Under the pieces are notes generated by a model that worked only from the letters and a program-made list of their open reading frames with translations, was not told the DNA's origin and made no database searches. From NCBI GenBank assembly GCA_964016885.1, contig OZ024744.1, forward strand, positions 51,770,001 through 51,834,000: 64,000 nt of DNA, given 5' to 3'. The position numbers and the translations under genes are program-made. Numbering within the stretch: position 1 is the first letter of the stretch; each line of letters begins with the position of its first letter. Shown here one piece after another: positions 15,001 through 29,083 of this stretch. The stretch comes from Eledone cirrhosa (Eukaryota).

Positions 15001-18000
15001 GAGAGGAAGAGGTCGTTGGTGGAGTTATGGTACGGCAGTGAGACAGGAATGACGAAAGACGTCGTTGGTGGAGTTATGGTACGGCTGCAAGACAGGAATG
15101 AGAGAAAGACCTCATTGGTGGAGTTATGCTACGGCTGTGAGAAAGGAATGAGAGGAAGATGTCGTTGGTGGAGTTATGGTACAGCTGTGAGACAAGAATG
15201 AGAGGAAGATCTCGTTGCTGGAGTTATGGTACAGCTGTGAGACAAGAATGAGAGGAAGATCTCGTTGGTGGAGTTATGGTACGGCAGTGAGACAGGAATG
15301 AGAGAAAGATGTCGTTGCTGGAATTATGGTACGGCTGTGAGACAGGAATGAGAGGAAGATGTCTTTGGTGGAGTTATGGTACGGCCGTGAGAGCAATGAG
15401 AGAAAGATGTCGTTGGTGGAGTTATGGTACGGCTGTGAAACAGGAATGAGAGGAAGATGTCGTTGGTGGAGCTATGGTACGGCTGTGAGACAGGAATGAG
15501 AGAAAGAGGTCGTTTGTGCAGTTATGGTACTGTTATGAGACAGGAATGAGAGAAAGAGGTCGTTTGTGCAGTTATGGTACGGCTGTGAGACAGGAATGAG
15601 AGGAAGAGGCCGTTGGTGGTGTTATGGTACGGCTGTGAGACAGGAATGAGAGGAAGACGTCTTTGGTGGAGTTATGGTACGGCTGTGAGACAGGAATGAG
15701 AGAAAGACGTCTTTTGTGGAGTTATGGTACGGCTGTGAGAGAAATGAGAGAAAGATGTCGTTGGTGGAGTAATGGTACGGCTGTGAAAGAGAAATGAGAT
15801 AAAGATGTCGTTGGTGGAGTTATGGTACGGCTGTGAGACAGGAATGAGAGGAAGTCATCGTTGGTGGAGTTATGGAACGGCTGTGAGACAGGAATGAGAG
15901 AAAGATGTCGTTGGTGGAGTTATGGTACGGCTGTGAGAGAGGAATGAGAGGAAGATGTCGTTGGTGGAGTTATATGCGGCTGTGAGACAGGAATGAGAGA
16001 AAGATGTCGTTGGTTGGGTTATGGTACGTCTGTTAGACAGGAATGAGAGAAAGATGTCGTTGGTGGAGTTATGGTACGGCTGTGAGACAAGAATGAGAGG
16101 AAGATCTCGTTGGTGGAGTTATGGTACGTCTGTTAGACAGGAATGAGAGAAAGATGTCGTTGGTGGAGTTATGGTACGGCGGTGAGACAGGAAAAAGAGA
16201 AAGATGTCGTTGGTGGAGTTATGGTACGTCTGTTAGACAGGAATGAGAGAAAGATGTCGTTGGTGGAGTTATGGTACGGCTGTGAGACAAGAATGAGAGG
16301 AAGATCTCGATGGTGGAGTTATGGTACGGCGGTGAGAGAGGAATGAGAGGAAGACGTCGTTGGAGGAGTTATGATATGGTTGTGAGACAGGAATGAGAGA
16401 AAGACGTCGTTGGTGGAGTTATTGTACGGTTGTGAGACAGGAATGAGAGAAAGACCTCGTTGGTGGAGTTATGGTGAGACACTGAGAGAGGAATGAGAGG
16501 AAGACGTCGTTGTTGGAGATATGGTACGGCTGTGAGAGAGGAATGAGAGAAAGATGTCGTTGGTGGAGTTAATGGTATGGCTGTGAGACAGGAATGAGAG
16601 AAAGATGTCGTTGGTGGAGTTATGGTACGGTTGTGAGACAGGAATGAGAGGAAGACGTCGTTGGTGGAGTTATGGTACGGCTGTGAGACAGGAATGAGAG
16701 AAAGATGTCGTTGGTGGAATTATGGTACGGCTGTGAGACAGGAATGAGAGGAAGAGGCCGTTGGTGGAGTTATGGTACGGCTGTGAGTGAGGAATGAGAT
16801 AAAGATGTCGTTGGTGGAGTTAAGGTACGGCTGTGAGTCAGGAATGATAGAAAGATGTCGTTGGTGGAGCTAAGGTACGGCTGTGAGACAGGAATGAGAA
16901 AAAGATGTTGTTGGTGGAGATATGGTACGGCTGTGAGAGAAATGAGAGAAAGATGTCGTTACTGGAGTTATGGTAATGCTGTGAGACAGGTATGAGAGAA
17001 AGATGTCGTTGGTGGAGTTATGGTACGGTTGTGAGACAGGAATGAGAGAAAGATGTTGTTGGTGGAGTTATGGTACGGCTGTGAGTGAGGAATGAGAGGA
17101 AGACGTCGTTGGTGGAGCTATGGTACGGCTGTGAGACAGGAATGAGAGAAAGATGTCGTTGGTGGAATTATAGTACGGTTGTGAGACAGGAATGAGGGGA
17201 AGACGTCATTGGTGGAGTTATGGTACTGTTGTGAGACAGGAATTAGAGAAAGATGTCGTTGGTGGAGTTATGGTACTGTTGTGAGACAGGAATGAGAGAA
17301 AGATGTCGTTGGTGGAGTTATGGTACGTCTGTGAGACAGGAATGAGAGGAAGACGTCGTTGGTGGAGTTATGGTACGGCTGTGAGACAGGAATGAGAGAA
17401 AGATGTCGTTGCTGGAGTTATGGTACGGCTGTGAGACAGGAATGAGAGAAAGATGTCGTTGGTGGTGTTCTGGTTATGCTGTGAGACAGGTATGAGAGAA
17501 AGATGTCGTTGGTGGAGTTAGGGTACGGGTGTGAGACCGGAATGAGAGGAAGACGTCGTTGGTGGTGTTTTGGTACGACTGTGAGAGAGGAATGAGAGGA
17601 AGACGTCGTTGGTGGAGTTATGGTACGGTTGTGAGAGAGGAATTAGAGAAAGACGTCGTTGGTGGAGTTATGGTACGGCTGTGAGACAGGAATGAGAGGA
17701 AGATGTCGTTGGTGGTGTTATGGTACGGTTGTGTGACAGGAATGAGAGAAAGATGTCGGTGCTGGAGTTATGGTACAGCTGTGAGAGTGGAATGAGAGGA
17801 AGAGGTCGTTGGTGGAGTTATGGTACGGCTGTGAGACAGGAATGAGAGGAAGATGTCGTTGGTGGAGTTATGGTACGGTTGTGAGACAGGAATGAGAGAA
17901 AGATGTCGTTGATGGAGTTATGGTACGGCTGTGAGACAGGAATTAGAGGAACACGTAGTTGGTGGAGTTATGGTACGGTTGTGAGACAGGAATGAGAGAA

Positions 18001-21000
18001 AGATGTCGTAGGTGGAGTTATGGTACGGCTGTGAGATAGGAATGAGAGAAAGATGTCGTTGGTGGAGTTATGGTACGGCTGTGAGAGAGGAATGAGAAGA
18101 AGATGTCGTTCGTGGAGTTATATACGGCTGTGAGACAGGAATGAGAGAAAGATGTCGTTGGTGGAGTTATGGTACGGCTGTGAGACAGGAATAAGAGAAA
18201 GATGTCGTTGGTGGAGTTATGGTACGTCTGTTAGACAGGAATGAGAGAAAGATGTCGTTGGTGGAGTTATGGTACGGCTGTGAGACAAGAATGAGAGGAA
18301 GATCTCGTTGGTGGAGTTATGGTACGGCGGTGAGAGAGGAATGAGAGGAAGACGTCGTTGGTGGAGTTATGGTACGGCTGTGAGATAGGAATGAGAGAAA
18401 GATGTCGTTGGTGGAGTTATGGTACGGCTGTGAGAGAGGAAAGAGAAGAAGATGTCGTTCGTGGAGTTATATACGGCTGTGAGACAGGAATGAGAGAAAG
18501 ATGTCGTTGGTGGAGTTATGGTACGGCTGTGAGACAGGAATAAGAGAAAGATGTCGTTGGTGGAGTTATGGTACGTCTGTTAGACAGGAATGAGAGAAAG
18601 ATGTCGTTGGTGGAGTTATGGTACGGCTGTGAGACAAGAATGAGAGGAAGATCTCGTTGGTGGAGTTATGGTACGGCGGTGAGAGAGGAATGAGAGGAAG
18701 ACGTCGTTGGTGGAGTTATGGTACGGTTGTGAGACAGGAATGAGAGGAAGACGTCGTGGGTGATGTTATGGTACGGTTGTGAGACAAGAATGAGAGGAAG
18801 AGGTCGTTGGTGGAGTTATGGTACGGCAGTGAGACAGGAATGACGAAAGACGTCGTTGGTGGAGTTATGGTACGGCTGCAAGACAGGAATGAGAGAAAGA
18901 CCTCATTGGTGGAGTTATGCTACGGCTGTGAGAAAGGAATGAGAGGAAGATGTCGTTGGTGGAGTTATGGTACAGCTGTGAGACAAGAATGAGAGGAAGA
19001 TCTCGTTGGTGGAGTTATCGTACGGCTGTGAGAGAGGAATGAGAGGAAGATGTCGTTGGTGGAGTTATATACGGCTGTGAGACAGGAATGAGAGAAAGAT
19101 GTCGTTGGTTGGGTTATGGTACGTCTGTTAGACAGGAATGAGAGAAAGATGTCGTTGGTGGAGTTATGGTACGTCTGTGAGACAGGAATGAGAGGAAGAC
19201 GTCGTTGGTGGAGTTATGGTACGGCTGTGAGACAGGAATGAGAGAAAGATGTCGTTGCTGGAGTTATGGTACGGCTGTGAGACAGGAATGAGAGAAAGAT
19301 GTCGTTGGTGGTGTTCTGGTTATGCTGTGAGACAGGTATGAGAGAAAGATGTCGTTGGTGGAGTTAGGGTACGGGTGTGAGACCGGAATGAGAGGAAGAC
19401 GTCGTTGGTGGTGTTTTGGTACGACTGTGAGAGAGGAATGAGAGGAAGACGTCGTTGGTGGAGTTATGGTACGGTTGTGAGAGAGGAATTAGAGAAAGAC
19501 GTCGTTGGTGGAGTTATGGTACGGCTGTGAGACAGGAATGAGAGGAAGATGTCGTTGGTGGTGTTATGGTACGGTTGTGTGACAGGAATGAGAGAAAGAT
19601 GTCGGTGCTGGAGTTATGGTACAGCTGTGAGAGTGGAATGAGAGGAAGAGGTCGTTGGTGGAGTTATGGTACGGCTGTGAGACAGGAATGAGAGGAAGAT
19701 GTCGTTGGTGGAGTTATGGTACGGTTGTGAGACAGGAATGAGAGAAAGATGTCGTTGATGGAGTTATGGTACGGCTGTGAGACAGGAATTAGAGGAACAC
19801 GTAGTTGGTGGAGTTATGGTACGGTTGTGAGACAGGAATGAGAGAAAGATGTCGTAGGTGGAGTTATGGTACGGCTGTGAGATAGGAATGAGAGAAAGAT
19901 GTCGTTGGTGGAGTTATGGTACGGCTGTGAGAGAGGAATGAGAAGAAGATGTCGTTCGTGGAGTTATATACGGCTGTGAGACAGGAATGAGAGAAAGATG
20001 TCGTTGGTGGAGTTATGGTACGGCTGTGAGACAGGAATAAGAGAAAGATGTCGTTGGTGGAGTTATGGTACGTCTGTTAGACAGGAATGAGAGAAAGATG
20101 TCGTTGGTGGAGTTATGGTACGGCTGTGAGACAAGAATGAGAGGAAGATCTCGTTGGTGGAGTTATGGTACGGCGGTGAGAGAGGAATGAGAGGAAGACG
20201 TCGTTGGTGGAGTTATGGTACGGCTGTGAGATAGGAATGAGAGAAAGATGTCGTTGGTGGAGTTATGGTACGGCTGTGAGAGAGGAAAGAGAAGAAGATG
20301 TCGTTCGTGGAGTTATATACGGCTGTGAGACAGGAATGAGAGAAAGATGTCGTTGGTGGAGTTATGGTACGGCTGTGAGACAGGAATAAGAGAAAGATGT
20401 CGTTGGTGGAGTTATGGTACGTCTGTTAGACAGGAATGAGAGAAAGATGTCGTTGGTGGAGTTATGGTACGGCTGTGAGACAAGAATGAGAGGAAGATCT
20501 CGTTGGTGGAGTTATGGTACGGCGGTGAGAGAGGAATGAGAGGAAGACGTCGTTGGTGGAGTTATGGTACGGTTGTGAGACAGGAATGAGAGGAAGACGT
20601 CGTGGGTGGTGTTATGGTACGGTTGTGAGACAAGAATGAGAGGAAGAGGTCGTTGGTGGAGTTATGGTACGGCAGTGAGACAGGAATGACGAAAGACGTC
20701 GTTGGTGGAGTTATGGTACGGCTGCAAGACAGGAATGAGAGAAAGACCTCATTGGTGGAGTTATGCTACGGCTGTGAGAAAGGAATGAGAGGAAGATGTC
20801 GTTGGTGGAGTTATGGTACAGCTGTGAGACAAGAATGAGAGGAAGATCTCGTTGGTGGAGTTATCGTACGGCTGTGAGAGAGGAATGAGAGGAAGATGTC
20901 GTTGGTGGAGTTATATACGGCTGTGAGACAGGAATGAGAGAAAGATGTCGTTGGTTGGGTTATGGTACGTCTGTTAGACAGGAATGAGAGAAAGATGTCG

Positions 21001-24000
21001 TTGGTGGAGTTATGGTACGGCTGCGAGACAAGAATGAGAGGAAGATCTCGTTGGTGGAGTTATGGTACAGCTGTGAGACAAGAATGAGAGGAAGATCTCG
21101 TTGGTGGAGTTATGGTACGGCTGTGAGACAGAAATGAGAGGAAGACGTCGTTGGTGGAATTATGGAACGGCTGTGAGACAGGAATGAGAGGAAGATGTCT
21201 TTGGTGGAGTTATGGTACGGCCGTGAGAGCAATGAGAGAAAGATGTCGTTGGTGGAGTTATGGTACGGCTGTGAAACAGGAATGAGAGGAAGATGTCGTT
21301 GGTGGAGCTATGGTACGGCTGTGAGACAGGAATGAGAGAAAGAGGTCGTTTGTGCAGTTATGGTACTGTTATGAGACAGGAATGAGAGAAAGACGTCGTT
21401 GGTGGAGTTATGGCACGTCTGTGAGACAGGAATGAGAGAAAGATGTCGTTGGTGGAGTTATGGTACGGCTGTGAGACAGGAATGAGAGGAAGAAGCCGTT
21501 GGTGGAGTTATGGTACGGCTGTGAGACAGGAATGAGAGGAAGACGTCTTTGGTGGAGTTATGGTACGGCTGTGAGAGAAATGAGAGAAAGATGTCGTTGG
21601 TGGAGTAATGGTACGGCTGTGAAAGAGAAATGAGATAAAGATGTCGTTGGTGGAGTTATGGTACGGCTGTGAGACAGGAATGAGAGAAAGAGGTCGTTTG
21701 TGCAGTTATGGTACTGTTATGAGACAGGAATGAGAGAAAGACGTCGTTGGTGGAGTTATGGCACGTCTGTGAGACAGGAATGAGAGAAAGATGTCGTTGG
21801 TGGAGTTATGGTACGGCTGTGAGACAGGAATGAGAGGAAGAAGCCGTTGGTGGAGTTATGGTACGGCTGTGAGACAGGAATGAGAGGAAGACGTCTTTGG
21901 TGGAGTTATGGTACGGCTGTGAGAGAAATGAGAGAAAGATGTCGTTGGTGGAGTAATGGTACGGCTGTGAAAGAGAAATGAGATAAAGATGTCGTTGGTG
22001 GAGTTATGGTACGGCTGTGAGACAGGAATGAGAGGAAGTCATCGTTGGTGGAGTTATGGAACGGCTGTGAGACAGGAATGAGAGAAAGATGTCGTTGGTG
22101 GAGTTATCGTACGGCTGTGAGAGAGGAATGAGAGGAAGATGTCGTTGGTGGAGTTATATACCGCTGTGAGACAGGAATGAGAGAAAGATGTCGTTGGTTG
22201 GGTTATGGTACGTCTGTTAGACAGGAATGAGAGAAAGATGTCGTTGGTGGAGTTATGGTACGGCTGCGAGACAAGAATGAGAGGAAGATCTCGTTGGTGG
22301 AGTTATGGTACGTCTGTTAGACAGGAATGAGAGAAAGATGTCGTTGGTGGAGTTATGGTACGGCGGTGAGACAGGAAAAAGAGAAAGATGTCGTTGGTGG
22401 AGTTATGGTACGTCTGTTAGACAGGAATGAGAGAAAGATGTCGTTGGTGGAGTTATGGTACGGCTGTGAGACAAGAATGTGAGGAAGATCTCGTTGGTGG
22501 AGTTATGGTACGGCGGTGAGAGAGGAATGAGAGGAAGACGTCGTTGGAGGAGTTATGATATGGTTGTGAGACAGGAATGAGAGAAAGACGTCGTTGGTGG
22601 AGTTATGGTACGGTTGTGAGACAGGAATGAGAGAAAGACCTCGTTGGTGGAGTTATGGTGAGACACTGAGAGAGGAATGAGAGGAAGACGTCGTTGTTGG
22701 AGTCATGGTACGGCTGTGAGACAGGAATGAGAGAAAGATGTCGTTGGTGGAGTTAATGGTATGGCTGTGAGACAGGAATGAGAGAAAGATGTCGTTGGTG
22801 GAGTTATGGTACGGTTGTGAGACAGGAATGAGAGGAAGACGTCGTTGGTGGAGTTATGGTACGGCTGTGAGACAGGAATGAGAGAAAGATGTCGTTGGTG
22901 GAATTATGGTACGGCTGTGAGACAGGAATGAGAGGAAGAGGCCGTTGGTGGAGTTATGGTACGGCTGTGAGTGAGGAATGAGAGAAAGATGTCGTTGGTG
23001 GAGTTATGGTACGGCTGTGAGTCAGGAATGATGGAAAGATGTCGTTGGTGGAGCTAAGGTACGGCTGTGAGACAGGAATGAGAAAAAGATGTCGTTGGTG
23101 GAGATATGGTACGGCTGTGAGAGAAATGAGAGAAAGATGTCGTTACTGGAGTTATGGTAATGCTGTGAGACAGGTATGAGAGAAAGATGTCGTTGGTGGA
23201 GTTATGGTACGGTTGTGAGACAGGAATGAGAGAAAGATGTTGTTGGTGGAGTTATGGTACGGCTGTGAGTGAGGAATGAGAGGAAGACGTCGTTGGTGGA
23301 GTTATGGTACGGCTGTGAGACAGGAATGAGAGAAAGATGTCGATGGTGGAGTTATGGTAATGCTGTGAGACAGGTATGAGAGAAAGATGTCGTTGGTGGA
23401 ATTATAGTACGGTTGTGAGACAGGAATGAGAGGAAGACGTCATTGGTGGAGTTATGGTACTGTTGTGAGACAGGAATTAGAGAAAGACGTCGTTGGTGGA
23501 GTTATGGTACGGCTGTGAGACAGGAATGAGAGAAAGATGTCGTTGCTGGAGTTATGGTACGGCTGTGAGACAGGAATGAGAGAAAGATGTCGTTGGTGGT
23601 GTTCTGGTTATGCTGTGAGACAGGTATGAGAGAAAGATGTCGTTGGTGGAGTTAGGGTACGTGTGTGAGACCGGAATGAGAGGAAGACGTCGTTGGTGGT
23701 GTTTTGGTACGACTGTGAGAGAGGAATGAGAGGAAGACGTCGTTGGTGGAGTTATGGTACGGTTGTGAGAGAGGAATTAGAGAAAGACGTCGTTGGTGGA
23801 GTTATGGTACGGCTGTGAGACAGGAATGAGAGGAAGATGTCGTTGGTGGTGTTATGGTACGGTTGTGAGACAGGAATGAGAGAAAGATGTCGTTGATGGA
23901 GTTATGGTACGGCTGTGAGACAGGAATTAGAGGAACACGTAGTTAGTGGAGTTATGGTACGGTTGTGAGACAGGAATGAGAGAAAGATGTCGTTGGTGGA

Positions 24001-27000
24001 GTTATGGTACGGCTGTGAGACAGGAATGAGAGAAAGACGTCGTTAGCGGAGTTATGGTACGGCTGCGAGAGAGGAACGAGAGGAAGACGTCGTTGGTGGA
24101 GTTATGGTACGGCTGTGAGATAGGAATGAGAGAAAGATGTCGTTGGTGGAGTTATGGTACGGCTGTGAGACAGGAATGAGAGGAAGATGTCGTTGGTGGT
24201 GTTATAGTACGGTTGTGTGACAGGAATGAGAGAAAGATGTCGTTGCTGGAGTTATGGTACAGCTGTGAGAGAGGAATGAGAGGAAGACGTCGTTGGTGGA
24301 GTCATGGTACGGCTGTGAGACAGGAATTAGAGGAACACGTCGTTGGTGGAGTTATGGTACGGTTGTGTAACAGGAATGAGAGAAAGATATCGTTGGTGGA
24401 GTTATGGTACGGCTGTGAGAGAGGAATGAGAGGAAGACGTCGTTGGTGGAGTTATGGTACGGCTGTGAGATAGGAATGAGAGAAAGATGTCGTTGGTGGA
24501 GTTATGGTACGGCTGTGAGACAGGAATGAGAGGAAGACATCGTTGGTGGAGTTATGGTACGGCTGTGAGAGAGGAATGAGAGGAAGTCGTCGTTGGTGGT
24601 GTTATGGTACGGCTGTGAGACAGGAATGAGAAAAAGATGTCGTTGGTGGAGTTATGGTACAGCTGTGAGAGAAATGAGAGAAAGATGTCGTTACTGGAGT
24701 TATGGTACGGCTGTGAGACAGGAATGAGAGGAAGATGTCGTTGGTGGTGTTATGGTACGGTTGTGTGACAGGAATGAGAGAAAGATGTCGTTGCTGGAGT
24801 TATGGTACGGCTGTGAGACAGGAATGAGAGAAAGATGTCGTTGGTGGAGTTATGGTACGGCTGAGAGACAGGAAGGAGAGGGACACGTCGTTGGTGCAGT
24901 TATGGTACTGTTGTGAGACAGGAATGAGAGAAAGATGTCGTTGGTGGTGTTCTGGTTATGCTGTGAGACAGGTATGAGAGAAAGATGTCGTTGGTGGAGT
25001 TAGGGTACGGGTGTGAGACCGGAATGAGAGGAAGACGTCGTTGGTGGTGTTTTGGTACGACTGTGAGAGAGGAATGAGAGGAAGACGTCGTTGGTGGAGT
25101 TATGGTACGGCTGTGAGAGAGGAATGAGAGGAAGATGTCGTTGGTGGAGTTATGGTACGGCTGTGAGACAGGAATGAGAGAAAGATGTCGTTGGTAGAGT
25201 TATGGTACGGCTGTGAGACAGGTATGAGAGAAAGATGTCGTTGGTGGAGTTATGGTACGGCTGTGAGACAGGAATGAGAGGAAGATCTCGTTGGTGGAGT
25301 CATGGTACGGCTGTGAGACAGGAATGAGAGGAAGGTGTCGTTGGTCGAGATATGGTACGGCTGTGAGACAGGAATGAGGGGAAGATGTCGTTGGTGGAGT
25401 TATGGTACGGTTGTGAGACCGGAATGAGAGGAAGACGTCGTTGGAGGTGTTTTGGTACAACTGTGAGACAGGAATGAGAGGAAGGTGTCGTTGGTGGAGT
25501 TATGGTACGGCTGTGAGACAGGAATGGGAGGAAGATGTCGTTGGTGGAGTTATGGTACGGCTGTGAGACAGGAATGAGAGGAATGTTGTCGTTGGTGGAG
25601 TTATGGTACGGCTGTGAGACATGAATGAGAGGAAGATGTCTTTGGTGGAGTTATGGTACGGCTGTGAGGCAGGAATGAGAGGAAAACGTCGTTGGTGGAG
25701 TTATGGTACGGTTGTGAGACAGGAATGAGTGGAAGATGTCATTGGTGGAGTTATGGTACGGCTGTGAGACAGGAATGAGAGGAAGGTGTCGTTGGTGGAG
25801 TTATGGTACGGCTGTAAGACATGAATCAGAGGAAGACCTTGTTGGTGGAGTTATGGTACGGCTGTGAGACAGGAATGAGAGGAAGACGTCATTGGTGGAG
25901 TCATGATACGGTTGTGAGACAGGAATGAGAAGAAGACGTCGTTGGTAGAGTTATGGTACGGTTGTGAGACAGGAATGAGAGTTACACGTCGTTGGTGGAG
26001 TTATGGTACGGCTGTGAGAGAGGAATGAGAGGAAGATGTCGTTGGTGGAGTTATGGTACGGCTGTGAGACAGGAATGAGAGAAAGATGTCGTTGGTAGAG
26101 TTATGGTACGGCTGTGAGACAGGTATGAGAGGAAGATGTCGTTGGAGGAGTTATGGTACCGTTGTGAGACAGGAATAAGAGGAAGAGGTCGTTGGTGGAG
26201 TTATGGTACGGCTGTGAGACAGGAATGAGAGGAAGGTGTCGTTGGTCGAGATATGGTACGGCTGTGAGACAGGAATGAGGGGAAGATGTCGTTGGTGGAG
26301 TTATGGTACGGTTGTGAGACCGGAATGAGAGGAAGACGTCGTTGGCGGTGTTTTGGTACGACTGTGAGAGAGGAATGAGAGGAAGATGTCGTTGGTGGAG
26401 TTATGGTACGGTTGTGAGACAGGAATGAGAGGAAGATGTCGTTGGCGGAGTTATGGTAATGCTGTGAGACAGGAATGAGAGGAAGACGTCGTTGTTGGAG
26501 TTATGGTACGGTTGTGAGACAGCAGTGAGAGAAAGATGTCATTGGTGGAGTTATGGTACGGCTGTGAGACAGGAGTTAGAGAAAGACGTCGTTACTGGAG
26601 TTATGGTACGGCTGTGATACAAGAATGAGAAAAAGATGTCGTTGGCGGAGTTATGGTAATGCTGTGAGACAGGAATGAGAGGAAGACGTCGTTGTTGGAG
26701 TTATGGTACGGTTGTGAGACAGCAGTGAGAGAAAGATGTCATTGGGGGAGTTATGGTACGGCGGTGAGACAGGAATGAGAGAAAGACGTCGTTGGTTGAA
26801 TTATGGTACGGCTGTGAGAGAGGAATGAGAGAAAGACGTCGTTGGTGGAGTTATGGTATGGCTGTGAGACAGGAATGAGAGAAAGATGTCGTTGGTGGAG
26901 TTATGGTATGGTCGTGAGATAGGACTGAGAGAAAGATGTCGTTGGTGGAGTTACGGTACGTCTGTGAGACAGGAATGAGAGAAAGATGTCGTTGGTGGAA

Positions 27001-29083
27001 TTATGGTACGGTTGTGAGACAGGAATGAGAGGAAGATGTCGTTGTTGGAGTTATGGTACGGTTGTGAGACAGCAGTGAAAGAAAGATGTCATTGGTGGAG
27101 TTATGGTACGGCTGTGAGACAGGAATGAGAGAAAGACGTCGTTGGTGGAGTTATGGTAATGCTGTGAGACAGGAATGAGAGGAAGACGTTGTTGGTGGAT
27201 TTATGGTACGGGTGTGAGAGAAATGAGAGAAAGATATCGTTGGTGGAGTTATGGTATGGCTGTGAGACAGGAATGAGAGGAAGACGTCATTGGTGGAATT
27301 ATGGTACGGTTGTGAGACAAGAATGAGAGAAAATGTCGTTGGTGGAGTTATGGTACGGCTGTGAGACAGGAATGAGAGAAAGACGTCGTTGGTGGAGTTA
27401 TGGTACGGCTGTGAAAGAAATGAGAGAAAGATGTCGTTGGTGGAGTTATGGTACGGCTGTGAGACAGGAATGAGAGGAAGGTGTCGTTGGTGGAGTTATG
27501 GTACGGCTGTGAGACAGGAATGAGAGGAAGGTGTCGTTGGTGGAGTTATGGTACGGTTGTGAGACAGGAATGAGAGGAAGATGTCGTTGGTGGAGTTATG
27601 GTACGGCTGTGAGACAGGAATGAGAGGAAGACGTCATTGGTGGAGTCATGATACGGTTGTGAGACAGGAATGAGAGGAAGACGTCGTTGGTGGAGTTATG
27701 GTACGGTTGTGAGACAGGAATGAGAGGAAGACGTCGTTGGTGTAGTTATGGTACGGCTGTGAGACAGGAATGAGAGGAAGACGTCGTTGGTGGAGTTATG
27801 GTACGGTTGTGAGACAGGAATGAGTGGAAGATGCCGTTGGTGGAGTTATGGTACGGCTGTGAGACAGGAATGAGAGGAAGACGTCGTTGGTGGAGTTATG
27901 GTATGGCTGTGAGACAGGAATGAGAGGAAGACGTCGTTGGTGGAGTTATGGTACGGTTGTGAGACAGGAATTAGTGGAAGATGTCGTTGGTGGAGTTATG
28001 GTACGGTTGTGAGACAGGAATGAGTGGAAGATGTCGTTGGTGGAGTTATGGTACGGCTGTGAGACAAGAATGAGAAAAAGATGTCGTTGGTGGAGTTATG
28101 GTAATGCTGTGAGACAGGAATGAGAGGAAGATGTCCTTGGTGGAGTTATGGTACGGCTGTGAGACAGGAATGAGAGGAAGACGTCGTTGGTGGAGTTATG
28201 GTACTGTTGTGAGACAGGAATGAGAGAAACATGTCTTTGGTGGAGTTATGGTACGGCTGTGAGTTAAATGAGAGGAAGATGTCGTTGCTGGAGTTATGGT
28301 AATGCTGTGAGACAGGAATGAGAGAAAGATGTCGTTGGTGGAGTTATGGTACGGCTGTGAGACAGGAATGAGAGGAAGACTTCGTTGGTGGAGTTATGGT
28401 ACGGCTGTGAGAGAAATGAGAGAAAGATGTCGTTGCTGGAGTTATGGTAATGCTGTGAGACAGGAATGAGAGAAAGATGTCGTTGGTGGAGCTATGGTAC
28501 GGCAGTGAGAGAGGAATGGGAGAAGGACGTCGTTGGTGCAGCTATGGTACGGCTGTGAGAGAGGAATGAGAGAAAGATGTCGTTGGTGGAGTTATGGTAC
28601 GGCTGTGAGACAGGTATGATAGAAAGACGTCGTTGGTGGAGTTATGGTACGGCTGTGAGACAGGAATGAGAGGAAGACGTCGTTGGTGGAGTTATGGTAC
28701 GGCTGTGAGACCGGAATGAGACGAAGACGTTGTAGGTGGAGTTTTGGTACGGTTGTGACACAGGAATGAGAGGAATACGTCGTTGGTGGAGTTATGGTAC
28801 GGTTATGAGATAGGAATGAGAGACAGCCGTCGTTGGTGGTGTTATTGTACGGTTGTGAGACAGGAATGAGAGGAAGACGTCGTTGGTGGAGTTATGGTAC
28901 GGCTGTGAGACAGGAATGAGGGAAAGATGTCGTTGGTGGAGTTATATACGGCTGTGAGTCAGGAATGAGAGGAAGATGTCGTTGGTGGAGTTATGGTACG
29001 GCTGTGAGACAAGAATGAGAGAAAGATGTCGTTGGTGGAGTTATGGTACGACTGTGAGAGAGGAATGAGAGGCAAGTGTCGTT
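1..29083. repeat. 50-bp tandem satellite array (about 580 monomers; runs off the left window edge)
   Basis: Consensus GTCGTTGGTGGAGTTATGGTACGGCTGTGAGACAGGAATGAGAG(G/A)AAGA(T/C) repeats uninterrupted, with 48-, 49- and 51-bp indel variants. It ends abruptly at ...GGCAAGTGTCGTT (about 29083). Confidence 0.98.

Noticed and set aside
6087-25460. Repeated 61-86 aa ORFs (MVELWYG...) in the satellite as a repetitive protein gene
   Set aside because: The 50-bp unit is not a multiple of 3. The consensus gives stops on both strands within 150 bp, and the ORFs arise only where variants remove a stop.
1-29083. CRISPR-like array
   Set aside because: There are no unique spacers, the whole monomer is repeated, no cas genes are present, and the context is eukaryotic.
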